Assembly: GCA_023265395.1 (NCBI GenBank)
Contig: JAHFTX010000001.1
Location: 65,897 to 129,896 of the forward strand
DNA: 64,000 nucleotides
Source of the DNA: Thermoplasmata archaeon
GTDB taxonomy: Archaea > Thermoplasmatota > DTKX01 > JAHFTX01
Reading direction: 5' to 3'
Under the pieces are notes generated by a model. The model made no database searches. It saw nothing but the letters and a program-made list of their open reading frames with translations, and was not told the DNA's origin. The position numbers were made by a program, and so were the translations under genes. Within the stretch, counting starts at the first letter, position 1. Each line of letters opens with the position of its first letter. This document shows, in pieces, positions 38,083-47,570 of this stretch.

Positions 38083-40505
38083 CGTTGATTCCGGGAGAGA
38101 GCGGGGCCCGGCTCGTCGGTCGCGCCCCCGGCGACGTAGCCGCGCTTGGTGCGGCCCGTGGCGGTCGAACCCTGCTTCGACGACGTGGCAGTCGCGTCCG
38201 CGGCCCCTTGCTCCTCGATGGCCTTGAGGAGCCGGTCAGGGGTGATGGGGAGGTCGAAGACGCGGACACCCACCGCGTCGAAGATCGCGTTGCCGACGGC
38301 GGGGAGGATTGGCAGGAGCGGTCCCTCCCCTGCCTCCTTGGCCCCAAAGGGGCCCTCTGGGTCGTCGCTCTCGACGATGAACACCTCGACGTCGGGCATC
38401 TCGAAGGGCGTGGGGATCTTGTAGTCGAGCAGTGAGGGGTTGAGCAGCTGGCCCTTGTGGTAGCGCATCCCTTCGCTGAGGACCTGTCCCAGGCCCATAT
38501 GGATGGATCCTTCAATCTGGCCCTCGACCGCCAGAGGATTGAGGGCCTTCCCACAGTCGTGGGCCGCCCAGACCTTGTCACAATGCACGAACCCGCTCTG
38601 TGGTTCGACGCGCACATGGGCGACATAGGCCGAGAAGCTGTACGCAGGGGCGAGCCCCGCAGCGGCGCCCTTGAAGCTCCCGCCCATCGGCGGTGAACGG
38701 TAGCACCCCTTCGCCACCAACGCGCCGCGATCGGCGATCGCCTCATGGAGCACGCGCATGTACGGGACCTGCACCGCGGGCCGTGAACGACAGTGGGCCG
38801 TGCCATCCTCGAGGGTGAAGAGCTCTGCGGCGTACCCCGTCAGCCGAGCCGCCGCGGCCGTCAGCTCGTCGCGGACCTGCTCGGCAGCCCTGCGGGCGGC
38901 ATTCCCCATCATGAAGGTCACGCGGCTGCTGTAGCTGCCAAGGTCGACGGGCGCAAGGTCGGTGTCCTGCGCCTTGACGTGGATCATGGACGTGGGGAGT
39001 CCGAGCACCTCGGCGACCACCTGCGCGGCGACGGTGTCGCTCCCCTGCCCGATCTCTGCCGCACCGGTGTGGACCGTCACGCCCCCATCCATGTCGATCT
39101 TGATGTGGACGGTGCTCTGCGGGAAGCGCGCCGGGTCCCAATGGATGGGGAGCGCAGAACCGCTGATGTAGAAGCCACAGCCGATCCCCAATCCCTCGCC
39201 GTAGGGCAAGTTGCCGTGGCGGCTATCCCAGTCCGATGCCTTCCGGACGACCTCAAGGCACTCGGCGATCCCGTTGGAGGTGATCCGGAAGTGGTTGACG
39301 GTGTCGGTGTAGGGGGGGATGAGATTGCGGAGGCGCAGCTGTATGGGGTCGATCCCCAGTTCGTTGGCGATCATGTCGACCAGCGTTTCCGCCGCGAAAC
39401 GACTGTTGACGGCCCCGTGGCCGCGCATGGCGCCGCTGGGGGGTTTGTTGGTGAAGACCCGACGGCCCTTGTAGCGGAAGTTGGGGATATCATAGGGGGC
39501 GACCGACAGCACCCCGTTGTAATAGGTGCTGATGACCCCAAAGCTCGACCACGCTCCGCCATCGATGAGCGCCTCGATGTCCAGCCCGGTCAGCTTGCCA
39601 TCCTCGCTAGCGGTCATCTCCATGCGCGTCGATGTCGGGTGCCGGCCGTGGTTGGTCAGGAACACCTCCTCGCGGTCGAAGACGAGCTTGACGGGCCGGC
39701 CCGTGCGCATCGAGAGGATTGCGGCTGCCATCTCATGGGGGAAGGGGTCGCTCTTGCCCCCGAAGCCCCCGCCCACCATCGGCTTGACGACCCGGATACG
39801 GTGCATCTGGATGCCCAGCACCTCGGAGAGCGCCCGGTGGACGTAATGGGGGACTTGGGTGGCTGTCCAGACCGTCAGCCGCCCGTCGACCTCGTAGCGG
39901 GCCACGACCGCATGCGGTTCGGTGAAGCCGTGAGTCACACCCTGGAAGGTGAACCGTCCGCGTGCGGTGATGGCAGCGGACCGCTTCGCCTGCTCGATAT
40001 CGCCGAAGTCTTGGTCCACCATCCGGTGGATGTTGGTCTTCCCGATTCCGAGGGGATGGATCTTCTCTGGGACCTCCTCGAGGGATTCCTCGGGTTTGTG
40101 ATACGCGGGCAGAGGTTCGTACGCGACCTTGACCTTGGCCAGGGCCTCCTCGACAGCATAGAGGTCGCTCCCGGCGATGGCACAGACGACATCGCCGACG
40201 TAGACGACCTTCTCGGTCGCCAACGCGGTCTCGTCCTTGGAGATTGGGATGACCCCGAACTTGTTGGGGTATTCTGCGCCCGTGATGACGGCTGCGACCC
40301 CCGGGACTTCGATTGCCTCCGTGGTATCGATGGAGATGATGCGCGCATGGTGCTGGGTCGAGCGCAGGATCCGCGCGACGAGCATGTTGGGCAGGTAGAT
40401 GTCTTCTGTGTACACCCCGCTCCCGGTGACCTTGCGGCGGGCATCGACCAGGGGCATCCGTTTCCCCACCACGGAGCGAGGGTGATGGGCGCCGTGGCGG
40501 CTCAT
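38079..40505 (-). CDS. Molybdenum hydroxylase large (molybdopterin-binding) subunit (xanthine dehydrogenase/aldehyde oxidase/CoxL family)
   Basis: About 808 aa from ATG 40505 (MSRHGAHHPRSVVGKRMPLVDARRKVTGSGVYTEDI...). Aldehyde oxidase/XDH a/b-hammerhead and Mo-pterin binding domains (GGGFGGK, RGHGAVNS). No CODH form I/II active-site loop (no AYRCSFR/AYRGAGR). The track start 40982 is an off-frame leader overlapping coxS. Confidence 0.85.
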   Translation of the reverse strand: MSRHGAHHPRSVVGKRMPLVDARRKVTGSGVYTEDIYLPNMLVARILRSTQHHARIISIDTTEAIEVPGVAAVITGAEYPNKFGVIPISKDETALATEKVVYVGDVVCAIAGSDLYAVEEALAKVKVAYEPLPAYHKPEESLEEVPEKIHPLGIGKTNIHRMVDQDFGDIEQAKRSAAITARGRFTFQGVTHGFTEPHAVVARYEVDGRLTVWTATQVPHYVHRALSEVLGIQMHRIRVVKPMVGGGFGGKSDPFPHEMAAAILSMRTGRPVKLVFDREEVFLTNHGRHPTSTRMEMTASEDGKLTGLDIEALIDGGAWSSFGVISTYYNGVLSVAPYDIPNFRYKGRRVFTNKPPSGAMRGHGAVNSRFAAETLVDMIANELGIDPIQLRLRNLIPPYTDTVNHFRITSNGIAECLEVVRKASDWDSRHGNLPYGEGLGIGCGFYISGSALPIHWDPARFPQSTVHIKIDMDGGVTVHTGAAEIGQGSDTVAAQVVAEVLGLPTSMIHVKAQDTDLAPVDLGSYSSRVTFMMGNAARRAAEQVRDELTAAAARLTGYAAELFTLEDGTAHCRSRPAVQVPYMRVLHEAIADRGALVAKGCYRSPPMGGSFKGAAAGLAPAYSFSAYVAHVRVEPQSGFVHCDKVWAAHDCGKALNPLAVEGQIEGSIHMGLGQVLSEGMRYHKGQLLNPSLLDYKIPTPFEMPDVEVFIVESDDPEGPFGAKEAGEGPLLPILPAVGNAIFDAVGVRVFDLPITPDRLLKAIEEQGAADATATSSKQGSTATGRTKRGYVAGGATDEPGPALSRNQR

Positions 40506-41176
40506 CCCTTTCCCTCCGGGTGCAGCTGCTGCAGGCGCGCCAGGTCGTGGGTCCGTGGGTCCGTACGCGTCGCAGGGGGTAACTCGCCGATGAGGTGACG
40601 ATGGTCCACATCGAGGGGCTGACGGACACCGCCCTCGCGCAGGACCTTGGCCGCCTGGTGGACGGCCTCGTAGATCTTGATGTAGCCCGTACAGCGACAG
40701 AGGTTGCCCCCCAGGGCCTCGTGTACCTGCTCGTCGGTCGGGTCGGGGCAGGATTCGAGGAAGGCACTGACCGCCATGATGAATCCGGGGGTGCAGAACC
40801 CACACTGACTCCCACCACAGCTGGCGAAGGCCTCCTGGACCGGATGGAGCCCATCGCCGTTGGCCATCCCCTCGATGGTGGTCACCTGCCGACCTGCGAC
40901 CTGCGCCGCCAAGGTCAGGCAGCTGAGCACCGCCACGCCTTCGACCTGCACGGTGCAACAGCCACAGGTGCCCAGGTCGCACCCACGCTTGGTCCCGGTC
41001 AGATGCAGTTGGTCTCGCAGGACATCGAGCAGGGTGGCGTAGGGACGGATGAGCAGTGCGTGCTCGTCTCCGTTGATGTTCAGGCGAAGCGGGAAGGAGG
41101 GTTGGGACTGCGGCATCGTTGTAGCGGCAGCATCTTGGCGTATCGCCCCGACCGGTCCCTTGTGCGGTGATGTCAT
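40502..41176 (-). CDS. Molybdenum hydroxylase (2Fe-2S)-binding small subunit (CoxS/XdhC-small/CutS family)
   Basis: 224 aa from ATG 41176, which forms an ATGA overlap with the xdhC stop. Plant-type ferredoxin cluster CDLGTCGCCTV and second cluster CGFCTPGF...CRCTGY. An alternative start at 41116 (MPQSQPSFPLRLNINGDEHA) is possible. Stop abuts the coxL start. Confidence 0.85.
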   Translation of the reverse strand: MTSPHKGPVGAIRQDAAATTMPQSQPSFPLRLNINGDEHALLIRPYATLLDVLRDQLHLTGTKRGCDLGTCGCCTVQVEGVAVLSCLTLAAQVAGRQVTTIEGMANGDGLHPVQEAFASCGGSQCGFCTPGFIMAVSAFLESCPDPTDEQVHEALGGNLCRCTGYIKIYEAVHQAAKVLREGGVRQPLDVDHRHLIGELPPATRTDPRTHDLARLQQLHPEGKG

Positions 41177-42120
41177 GGGTCCTCTTGCACCAGGTGTGGC
41201 GCGAGGTCCGTCCAGGGAATCACGTTCGAGGCCGTACCCTCGGCGGTCCCTCCGCTGGCGCCTCGAACTGCCGCGCGCGACTGCCGTCGGTCCTGCTCCC
41301 AGGCGCCCGCAGAGGCCGCCAAGAGCGCGGCCGTGGGACCGAGCCGGTCGGAGGCGATGATCTGGCTGACGATCGAGATAGCGATCTCTGGGACGGAGTT
41401 TGCCCCTATGCTCAGGCCCACGGGGCAGTGTACCCCTTCCAACCGCTCCGGCGGGTGGCCGTTGGCACGGAGGATCTTGCACATCGCGGTCCACTTGGTC
41501 CGGCTGCCGATGACGCCGATGATCCCCGGGAAGCGTTCCAGCAGCACATCGAGCGCCGCGACATCAACGTGGTAGGAGTAGCCGAGCAGCAGGGCGTCAC
41601 TGAAGCCCCGCAGCTCCCTGGCGCTCAGGGTGCGCAGTGCCGCGGCAGGCTCCGACGTCATCAGGACTTGGGCCTTGGGAAAGCGCTCCGCGGAGGCGAA
41701 CTCGGGCCGATCGTCGATGACACCGTAGCCGAGGCCCAGCAGGTCGCACTGGTCGGCGACCGCACGAGCGACGTGACCGCCACCGATCATGAGGAGCCGC
41801 GGGGGAGGCCGCAGGTACTCGATCACGACGGTGACCGAACCGCCGCACAGGCTGTCGAGGCCACCCTCCTTCCAACGTGAGAGGTCGAATCGCTCGGACC
41901 GTGATGTGTGGGTGGAGAGGACTTCACGCGCATGCGCCTTGACGATCTCCTCGAGCCCAGCCCCGCCGATGGTCCCCTTGGTCGAGCCATCCTCAAGGAC
42001 GAGCATCTTCGCCCCCTGTTTGCCCGGGACGGACCCTTCTACCCGCAGAACCGTCGCCATCGCCAGGGGCTGCCCATGGGAGAGCAACTGGGCGGCCTGG
42101 GCAAGGAGCGTCGCAGTCAT
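41173..42120 (-). CDS. XdhC/CoxI-family molybdenum cofactor insertion chaperone
   Basis: 315 aa; XdhC_CoxI N-domain (ATVLRVEGSVPGKQGAKMLV) and Rossmann-like C-domain (LLMIGGGHVARAVA). Confidence 0.75.
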   Translation of the reverse strand: MTATLLAQAAQLLSHGQPLAMATVLRVEGSVPGKQGAKMLVLEDGSTKGTIGGAGLEEIVKAHAREVLSTHTSRSERFDLSRWKEGGLDSLCGGSVTVVIEYLRPPPRLLMIGGGHVARAVADQCDLLGLGYGVIDDRPEFASAERFPKAQVLMTSEPAAALRTLSARELRGFSDALLLGYSYHVDVAALDVLLERFPGIIGVIGSRTKWTAMCKILRANGHPPERLEGVHCPVGLSIGANSVPEIAISIVSQIIASDRLGPTAALLAASAGAWEQDRRQSRAAVRGASGGTAEGTASNVIPWTDLAPHLVQEDP

Positions 42121-42836
42121 GAACCCTCTCGAGGCGCGGGGGTCGTATCAAGAGATCCGACAACCCTCCCCCGCTCATCGAGCCATTGTTCCGCTTCCGC
42201 GAGCTGCTCGGGTGTGTCGAGATTGAGGAGGATGGCCGGATCGGGGACTTCGAGAGTCAAGGTGCGCTCGGCACAAGATCGGACCCACTTGTTGAGCGGC
42301 TCGCTTGCCGGGAGGCGAAGGATCGATGGAATAGTCTGCGTGCGGAGGATTAGCGGATGACCGCGCCTTCCCTGATGGGTCGGCACAGCGAGATCGCGGC
42401 CCTTCTGGATATCCAATGCCGAGAGGAGCCGGAGGATTGTCGCGCCCTCGACGAACGGATGGTCAACCGGATGGACCACCACCAACATGTTGGGATGCCC
42501 GGTATCCTGGAGCCGACGAAGACCCGTCTGAAGGGAACCGGTCTTCCCCAGGTCCGTGCGCGTGTTGACATCGACGATGCATCGGTGCCCCAACCGGGCG
42601 CGGGCAGCATCCTCCATCGCGGGGCTGACCACCATCACGGTCTGCTCGGGTGTCGCCGCCTCGAGAGCATCCAGACACCACTCCGCCAAGGACCTCCCGC
42701 CCAGCGTCATCCAAGCCTTGGGTCCCCCCATCCGCACCCCCGAACCTGCTGCAAGGACGACTGCTGCGACCTTCGGTGCTCCCTCGCCCATCGCCGTGGC
42801 AGTGGTTTGGGGGGGAAAGGGCTTTTGCCCTGCCAT
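42117..42836 (-). CDS. MobA/MocA-family molybdopterin nucleotidyltransferase
   Basis: 239 aa; N-terminal AAVVLAAGSGVRMGGPKA nucleotidyltransferase motif. ATGA overlap with xdhC. The true start may be the internal MGEGAPK (42791), which leaves a realistic divergent intergenic region. Confidence 0.75.
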   Translation of the reverse strand: MAGQKPFPPQTTATAMGEGAPKVAAVVLAAGSGVRMGGPKAWMTLGGRSLAEWCLDALEAATPEQTVMVVSPAMEDAARARLGHRCIVDVNTRTDLGKTGSLQTGLRRLQDTGHPNMLVVVHPVDHPFVEGATILRLLSALDIQKGRDLAVPTHQGRRGHPLILRTQTIPSILRLPASEPLNKWVRSCAERTLTLEVPDPAILLNLDTPEQLAEAEQWLDERGRVVGSLDTTPAPREGS

Positions 42837-42850
42837 GGCAAGGGACTCGC

Positions 42851-43528
42851 ATGGTCCGAATGCGGGAGGTCAAGATCTCCATCGACACCGCCAGCTGGCA
42901 GCGCGACTACGGGTACCACGACCTTTTCGAGGTGGTCAGCGCTGCTGACATCCTGCAGAACCTCACGTTGACCCGAGACGTCTTTGTCGACCTTTGGCGA
43001 TTGCAGCTACGTCCAGGTCGTACCCTTTCCAACCTCATCGGACCCTTGGGCATCGAGGATGCGACGCTTGTCGAGGATCTGGGCAACCACCAACTCGCGG
43101 TGGTTCGCGCACCCTTCCATGGGTTCCTCAAGCACTGGTACTTCAGCCTCGGCGTCCACTACAGCCATCCGCTGATCCTCCGACCCAACCGCGTGATCTT
43201 GACCATCTTCGGTCCTCCGACGATCGTCAGCGCCTGTCTCTCCTACCTCGACGACCGCGCCCTGCGCTATCGAATCCTCGCCAGCGGTCCCCACCAGTTC
43301 GGCGCCCAAGACCTGCTGCGCGTCCTTACCCCTCGCCAGCGGGAGGTGCTTGGCGCGGCGGTGCAGATGGGCTGGTTCGAACACCCGCGCAAGGTGACGG
43401 CTCGTGCGCTTGGCAAGTCCCTGGGGATCAGTCACCAAGCGGTCATCGAGTCGTTGCACCGCGGGCAGCGGCGCGTATGGCATCACTTGATCCCCCCCGA
43501 CGAGGGCGAAGCGCCCACCATCCGATGA
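42851..43528 (+). CDS. HTH_10 (Bat/bacterio-opsin-activator-type) transcriptional regulator
   Basis: 225 aa from ATG 42851; C-terminal LTPRQREVLGAAVQMGWFEHPRKVTARALGKSLGISHQAVIESLHRGQRRV is the archaeal HTH_10 DNA-binding domain. Divergent from the Mo-hydroxylase operon. Confidence 0.6.
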   Translation: MVRMREVKISIDTASWQRDYGYHDLFEVVSAADILQNLTLTRDVFVDLWRLQLRPGRTLSNLIGPLGIEDATLVEDLGNHQLAVVRAPFHGFLKHWYFSLGVHYSHPLILRPNRVILTIFGPPTIVSACLSYLDDRALRYRILASGPHQFGAQDLLRVLTPRQREVLGAAVQMGWFEHPRKVTARALGKSLGISHQAVIESLHRGQRRVWHHLIPPDEGEAPTIR

Positions 43529-43561
43529 GTGACGAGTACGCAGGCCGCTACCGTCGAGGGC

Positions 43562-46447
43562 TCAACGCAGCTGATTGAGGATATCCTCGGCGCGTGCGGC
43601 GCCCCTACGGTCCCCTTGGTCTTTGGCGATGCGCAAGGCGCGTCGCAACACGTTCTTCGATTCCTTTGGATCGGAGCCCCTCAAGACCCTCCCCAGATTG
43701 AGCAGTATGGCGACCTCTCCTTCGTGATCGTCGACCTCTCGGACGCGCGTGAGGGCTTGCTGCAACTGTCCGATGGCAGCAGCCTCTTGATCCGCTTGCT
43801 CGAGGACCCAGGCGAGCTCGAGCCGCCGACGGGCCTCGGCGGCAGGTTCGGCGGTCCACGCGATCGCCTGGGTAAGGTGGGCCTGCTGGGCAGGGTGGTC
43901 CGAGAGGTCTGCGGCGCATTGGGCCGCCTCGCGGCACAGGGCAGCCCCATCTGCGAGATTGAGCCCCCGGCGGAGTAACGTCAGAGGTTCCGTAGGGCGC
44001 CCTTGATGATCGATTGGGACCTCTGCAACAAGGGCGGACCGGAAGAGGACCATCGCACGCTCCAGCTGGCGCAGGGCTTCAGCGGGTTTGCCAGCATTGC
44101 GCAGCATCTTCGCATAGCGAAGTGTCGTGGCGACACTCGGTCCGGGCTGGTCGGTGCTGGCGTAGGCCTCCTGCGCCTGCTCCAGCCTCAAGGTTGCCTC
44201 ATCCCATCGGCCGGCCTCGGCCAAGAAGAGGGCTAGGTTGGTCAGGATCCCCCCGAACATCCCCTGGCTGAGCACAGACCATCCACCGGACTCCTCCTCG
44301 AATGGTGCCAGGGCAGCGCGATATGCTGCTTCAGCATCGCTTCGTCGGCCCAGGCGCTGATACGTCTGTCCAAGGTTGTTCTCTACGGCTGCAAGTCCCC
44401 CCGAGTCCTGCAATCCCCCCAGGAGGTCCCGTGCCTCGAGGTAATGCGTGATCGCCTGATCGTACGCCCCTCGATGACGGTACACCACCCCAAGATCGAG
44501 GAGTTCCTTGGCGATGCCACGGGTGTCGCCCCTGCGTCGGAAGATCGCGAGCGCTGCGGTGTGGTTCTCGAGCGCTGCGCTCGTCTGCGCGGTCTGGAGG
44601 TGCACCCAACCGATGCGGCCATGCACCTGCCCAAGAGGCTCCCCGACCACCCCAATCTCTTGCATCAGCACGCGTGCATGCTCGTAGGCGGCAATCGCCT
44701 CATCCCATTGCTCCCGGGCTGCAGACACATCACCACGGAGGAGCTGCAGGCGTGCCAAGGTCTCGGTGCCCAGCAGGTCGACATCGGGGGGGAATGCATC
44801 CAGGACCTCGCCGACCTTGAGATGCCCGGCTTCAATGGCCTCGGGACCGATCGTCATGATCCGCGTCGCGGCCTGCCGCCACTCTTGCGCCTGCTGGAGG
44901 TGATGGATCGCCTCGAGATGATCCTCAAGCGCTCCCCGAGAGTCGAAACAGATGGCCGCTTGGTGATGCAGTTCGATCCGCCGTAGCGTGGTGATCCTCG
45001 TCGCCACATGTTCGCGCACAAGGTCATGGCATTCGATTCGTTCGCCGGGCAAGTCAAGGAGCATCGAGGCGCGTCGGAGTTCTTCGAGCGGGACAACTCC
45101 GAGCTGGGTGCGTGCCCACGTCCCATCGATGGGGCCCCGAAAGACCGCGATTGACTCGAGCGCTGCGCGAGCGCTCGGTGAGAGGCGACCGAGAACCTCC
45201 TGCTCGATGAAGGCCTCGATGCTCCGGACCGGTTCGGGGGTCTGCAACTCCCCGATCAGTTCCAGGAAGAGCGGGACCCCCTTGGTGAGAGCGAACCATC
45301 GGTCGGCGACGGTGGGCGGTAATCTCTCCAGCAGGGTCCTGCTCTCCGCACGGTCGAGCCCTCCCAGTCGCCGGTGCAGCAACGTCTGCGACGAGTGGAT
45401 GTCTCGTTCGTCGAAGAACGGGAGGTCTCGCCGGCTGATGACCACGAGAGCGAACCCCTTTCGAGAGCAGGCGAGGTCCTTGAGGAAGGTCAGCAAGCCC
45501 TCCAATTGGTCGGCCGCCTTATGCACGTCGTCGATCACCAGCAATACCGCAAGCCCCTCGAGGTCGGCAGTCAGGGCGGCCGCAGCGACCCCCATCTCCA
45601 CAGGGTGGTGGCTGTCGATGACCGCCCGGTGCAGGGCCGTACGCCCCGCCCGCTTGAGGAACAGCGCCACCTGCCGCATGACGCTGGTGGGAGTGTCCCA
45701 GTCATAGGCCCGGATCCAACAGGTGTGGAAGTCCCCCGCCAGTCGTTCAACGACCTTGGCGCACAGGGCGGACTTGCCGATTCCCGCAATCCCGATGATG
45801 GCGACCGTACCGCCGTCGGGCAAGAGATGCGCGCTCATCTCGTCGATCAGGGTCCCGCGGCCGACGAATCGTGTCGACATCGGGATCTGATCATGCGAGT
45901 GGACCAGCGCCCCGCCGGCCGGATTGGTGATGGAGCGGGGTGCAGTTGGGGGGAGACGGATCGGATGCCCTTCGTTGGCCAGTTCGGTCAGGAGGCGCGT
46001 GCAGACCTCGGGTGTCAGAGGGTCCGCCAGGCGGGCACTCTCCACCAGCTGACTCTCGCTTAGTGCGATTCCCCCGTTGATTACCAACCGCTCAAGGATG
46101 GCCGCACCGGTGAGCACTTCCCGTTTTCCCCCGGTCATTCGGAATGCATACTCGTCATGTCGAGCACGCTCGCGCAGCGTTGCAGCGGCATCTGTCCCTG
46201 TCCCCGTGAGCGCGTAGGCCTTCCGTCGGCGGTTGGTCCCCTGGACGTGGGCCAGTCGGCTCTCGATGAACCCCTCCGCCGCCAAACGCGTCAGCGCCCG
46301 CGAGACGTTGTTGGGGAGCAGGTGGAGCGAAGCGGCGATGCCCTCCTGTCCGACCGCCACTGGCGCATCCCACTGATCGGGTCGCTGGACGTACTGCGCA
46401 AGATGGAGCAGGATTCGCTTCTCCACCGACCAACCCTTCACGTGCAT
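43562..46447 (-). CDS. STAND-class NTPase with N-terminal winged-helix domain and C-terminal TPR repeats (signal-transduction ATPase/regulator)
   Basis: 961 aa; N-terminal wHTH (LPNNVSRALTRLAAEGFIES), Walker A in GTVAIIGIAGIGKSALCAKV, then at least 8 TPR-like repeats (AAIAAYEHARVLMQEIG..., LAIFRRRGDTRGIAKELLDLGVVYRHRGAYDQAITHYLEARDL...). Confidence 0.75.
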   Translation of the reverse strand: MHVKGWSVEKRILLHLAQYVQRPDQWDAPVAVGQEGIAASLHLLPNNVSRALTRLAAEGFIESRLAHVQGTNRRRKAYALTGTGTDAAATLRERARHDEYAFRMTGGKREVLTGAAILERLVINGGIALSESQLVESARLADPLTPEVCTRLLTELANEGHPIRLPPTAPRSITNPAGGALVHSHDQIPMSTRFVGRGTLIDEMSAHLLPDGGTVAIIGIAGIGKSALCAKVVERLAGDFHTCWIRAYDWDTPTSVMRQVALFLKRAGRTALHRAVIDSHHPVEMGVAAAALTADLEGLAVLLVIDDVHKAADQLEGLLTFLKDLACSRKGFALVVISRRDLPFFDERDIHSSQTLLHRRLGGLDRAESRTLLERLPPTVADRWFALTKGVPLFLELIGELQTPEPVRSIEAFIEQEVLGRLSPSARAALESIAVFRGPIDGTWARTQLGVVPLEELRRASMLLDLPGERIECHDLVREHVATRITTLRRIELHHQAAICFDSRGALEDHLEAIHHLQQAQEWRQAATRIMTIGPEAIEAGHLKVGEVLDAFPPDVDLLGTETLARLQLLRGDVSAAREQWDEAIAAYEHARVLMQEIGVVGEPLGQVHGRIGWVHLQTAQTSAALENHTAALAIFRRRGDTRGIAKELLDLGVVYRHRGAYDQAITHYLEARDLLGGLQDSGGLAAVENNLGQTYQRLGRRSDAEAAYRAALAPFEEESGGWSVLSQGMFGGILTNLALFLAEAGRWDEATLRLEQAQEAYASTDQPGPSVATTLRYAKMLRNAGKPAEALRQLERAMVLFRSALVAEVPIDHQGRPTEPLTLLRRGLNLADGAALCREAAQCAADLSDHPAQQAHLTQAIAWTAEPAAEARRRLELAWVLEQADQEAAAIGQLQQALTRVREVDDHEGEVAILLNLGRVLRGSDPKESKNVLRRALRIAKDQGDRRGAARAEDILNQLR

Positions 46448-46539
46448 CAGAGCAAGGCCCGGCCCTTCAACACTGCGGTGGGAGTACGCCCTCGCCTGCG
46501 GTCAAAGGGTTTATCCTCGAATGACCCCAGCGGCCGGCG

Positions 46540-47460
46540 ATGGTCCGCTCGAATCGGGCTGTGACGCAGCGTACGACGACGTCGGAAGATGTCCCCGAGG
46601 AGCAGATGACCTTCCTTGGTCATCTCGACGCATTGCGCCACGCCCTCGTCCGCGGCTCGATCCCCATCATCCTGATCATCGGCCTGGCGCTGATTGTCCG
46701 GCTCCAGCCGGTGATGATCGGCGAGATGGGGTTGATCCTCCCGGTACCCATTCCGCTGACGTGCGACCTCAACGATCCGGCGGCGTGTGGATCGCAGATG
46801 GGCGACAACGTGGCCAACCAGCTGATCGCGCAGGCCCAACAGGACCTGCTCCCCGCAGATGTCGAGATGGTCACGATCTCCCCGGTCGATGGGGTCCTCG
46901 CGCAGGTCTGCGTCGCTGGCTTCGTGGGCTTGGTGCTGGGGATGCCCTTCTTGGTCTACCAGCTGGGCCGGTTCCTCAGCCCGGCATTGCGTCCGCGCGA
47001 GCGCAAGGTCGCCTATGCGACGATCGTCCCCGCATCCTCCTTGTTCCTTGGTGGTGCCCTCTTCGCCTATCGATGGCTCCTCCCCTTCACCTACGCGTTC
47101 TTGTACGGTTATGTTCCCACCGGGACGCGCTCGCTGATCACCCTCCCCTCCTTCATCGAGTTCACCGTCCTGTTCATCGTCGCCTTCGGGCTCAGCTTCG
47201 AGCTCCCTGTGATCATGGCATTGCTCTCCTACAGTGGCCTGGTCGACCCCGACCTCTACCGCCGAGGATGGCGCTTTGCGGTCATCGCGATATTCATCTT
47301 CGCCGCGGTGATCACTCCCGATGCATCAGGGGTGACGATGTTCATCGTCGCTGCACCAATGGTCGCCCTGTACGTGGTGGGGTGGTTGGTCGGCAGGCGG
47401 GTCTATCCTCACGGGTCATCGACGAGTGCAGAACGCCCGCGTGGGGTTGACGCACCCTAG
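46540..47460 (+). CDS. tatC: Sec-independent protein translocase subunit TatC
   Basis: 306 aa; MTFLGHLDALRHALV N-terminal TatC motif and 6 predicted TM helices. The real start may be ATG 46606 (MTFLGHL). Confidence 0.8.
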   Translation: MVRSNRAVTQRTTTSEDVPEEQMTFLGHLDALRHALVRGSIPIILIIGLALIVRLQPVMIGEMGLILPVPIPLTCDLNDPAACGSQMGDNVANQLIAQAQQDLLPADVEMVTISPVDGVLAQVCVAGFVGLVLGMPFLVYQLGRFLSPALRPRERKVAYATIVPASSLFLGGALFAYRWLLPFTYAFLYGYVPTGTRSLITLPSFIEFTVLFIVAFGLSFELPVIMALLSYSGLVDPDLYRRGWRFAVIAIFIFAAVITPDASGVTMFIVAAPMVALYVVGWLVGRRVYPHGSSTSAERPRGVDAP

Positions 47461-47570
47461 TCGGCTGCCCCATCGCCGCTCCCCCAGGCCGCTGCCACAG
47501 AGGGATGTCGCACTCCTCCGCGCACCACAGACCCAAAGCTACTTGGCGCGGCTCCGGCAAGCACCGACCC

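Noticed and set aside
38793-40598. 601-aa plus-strand ORF
   Set aside because: Antisense to coxL.
46521-47450. 309-aa plus-strand ORF in an alternative frame over tatC
   Set aside because: Its Arg/Pro/Gly-rich translation has no TM helices, whereas the overlapping frame gives a convincing TatC.
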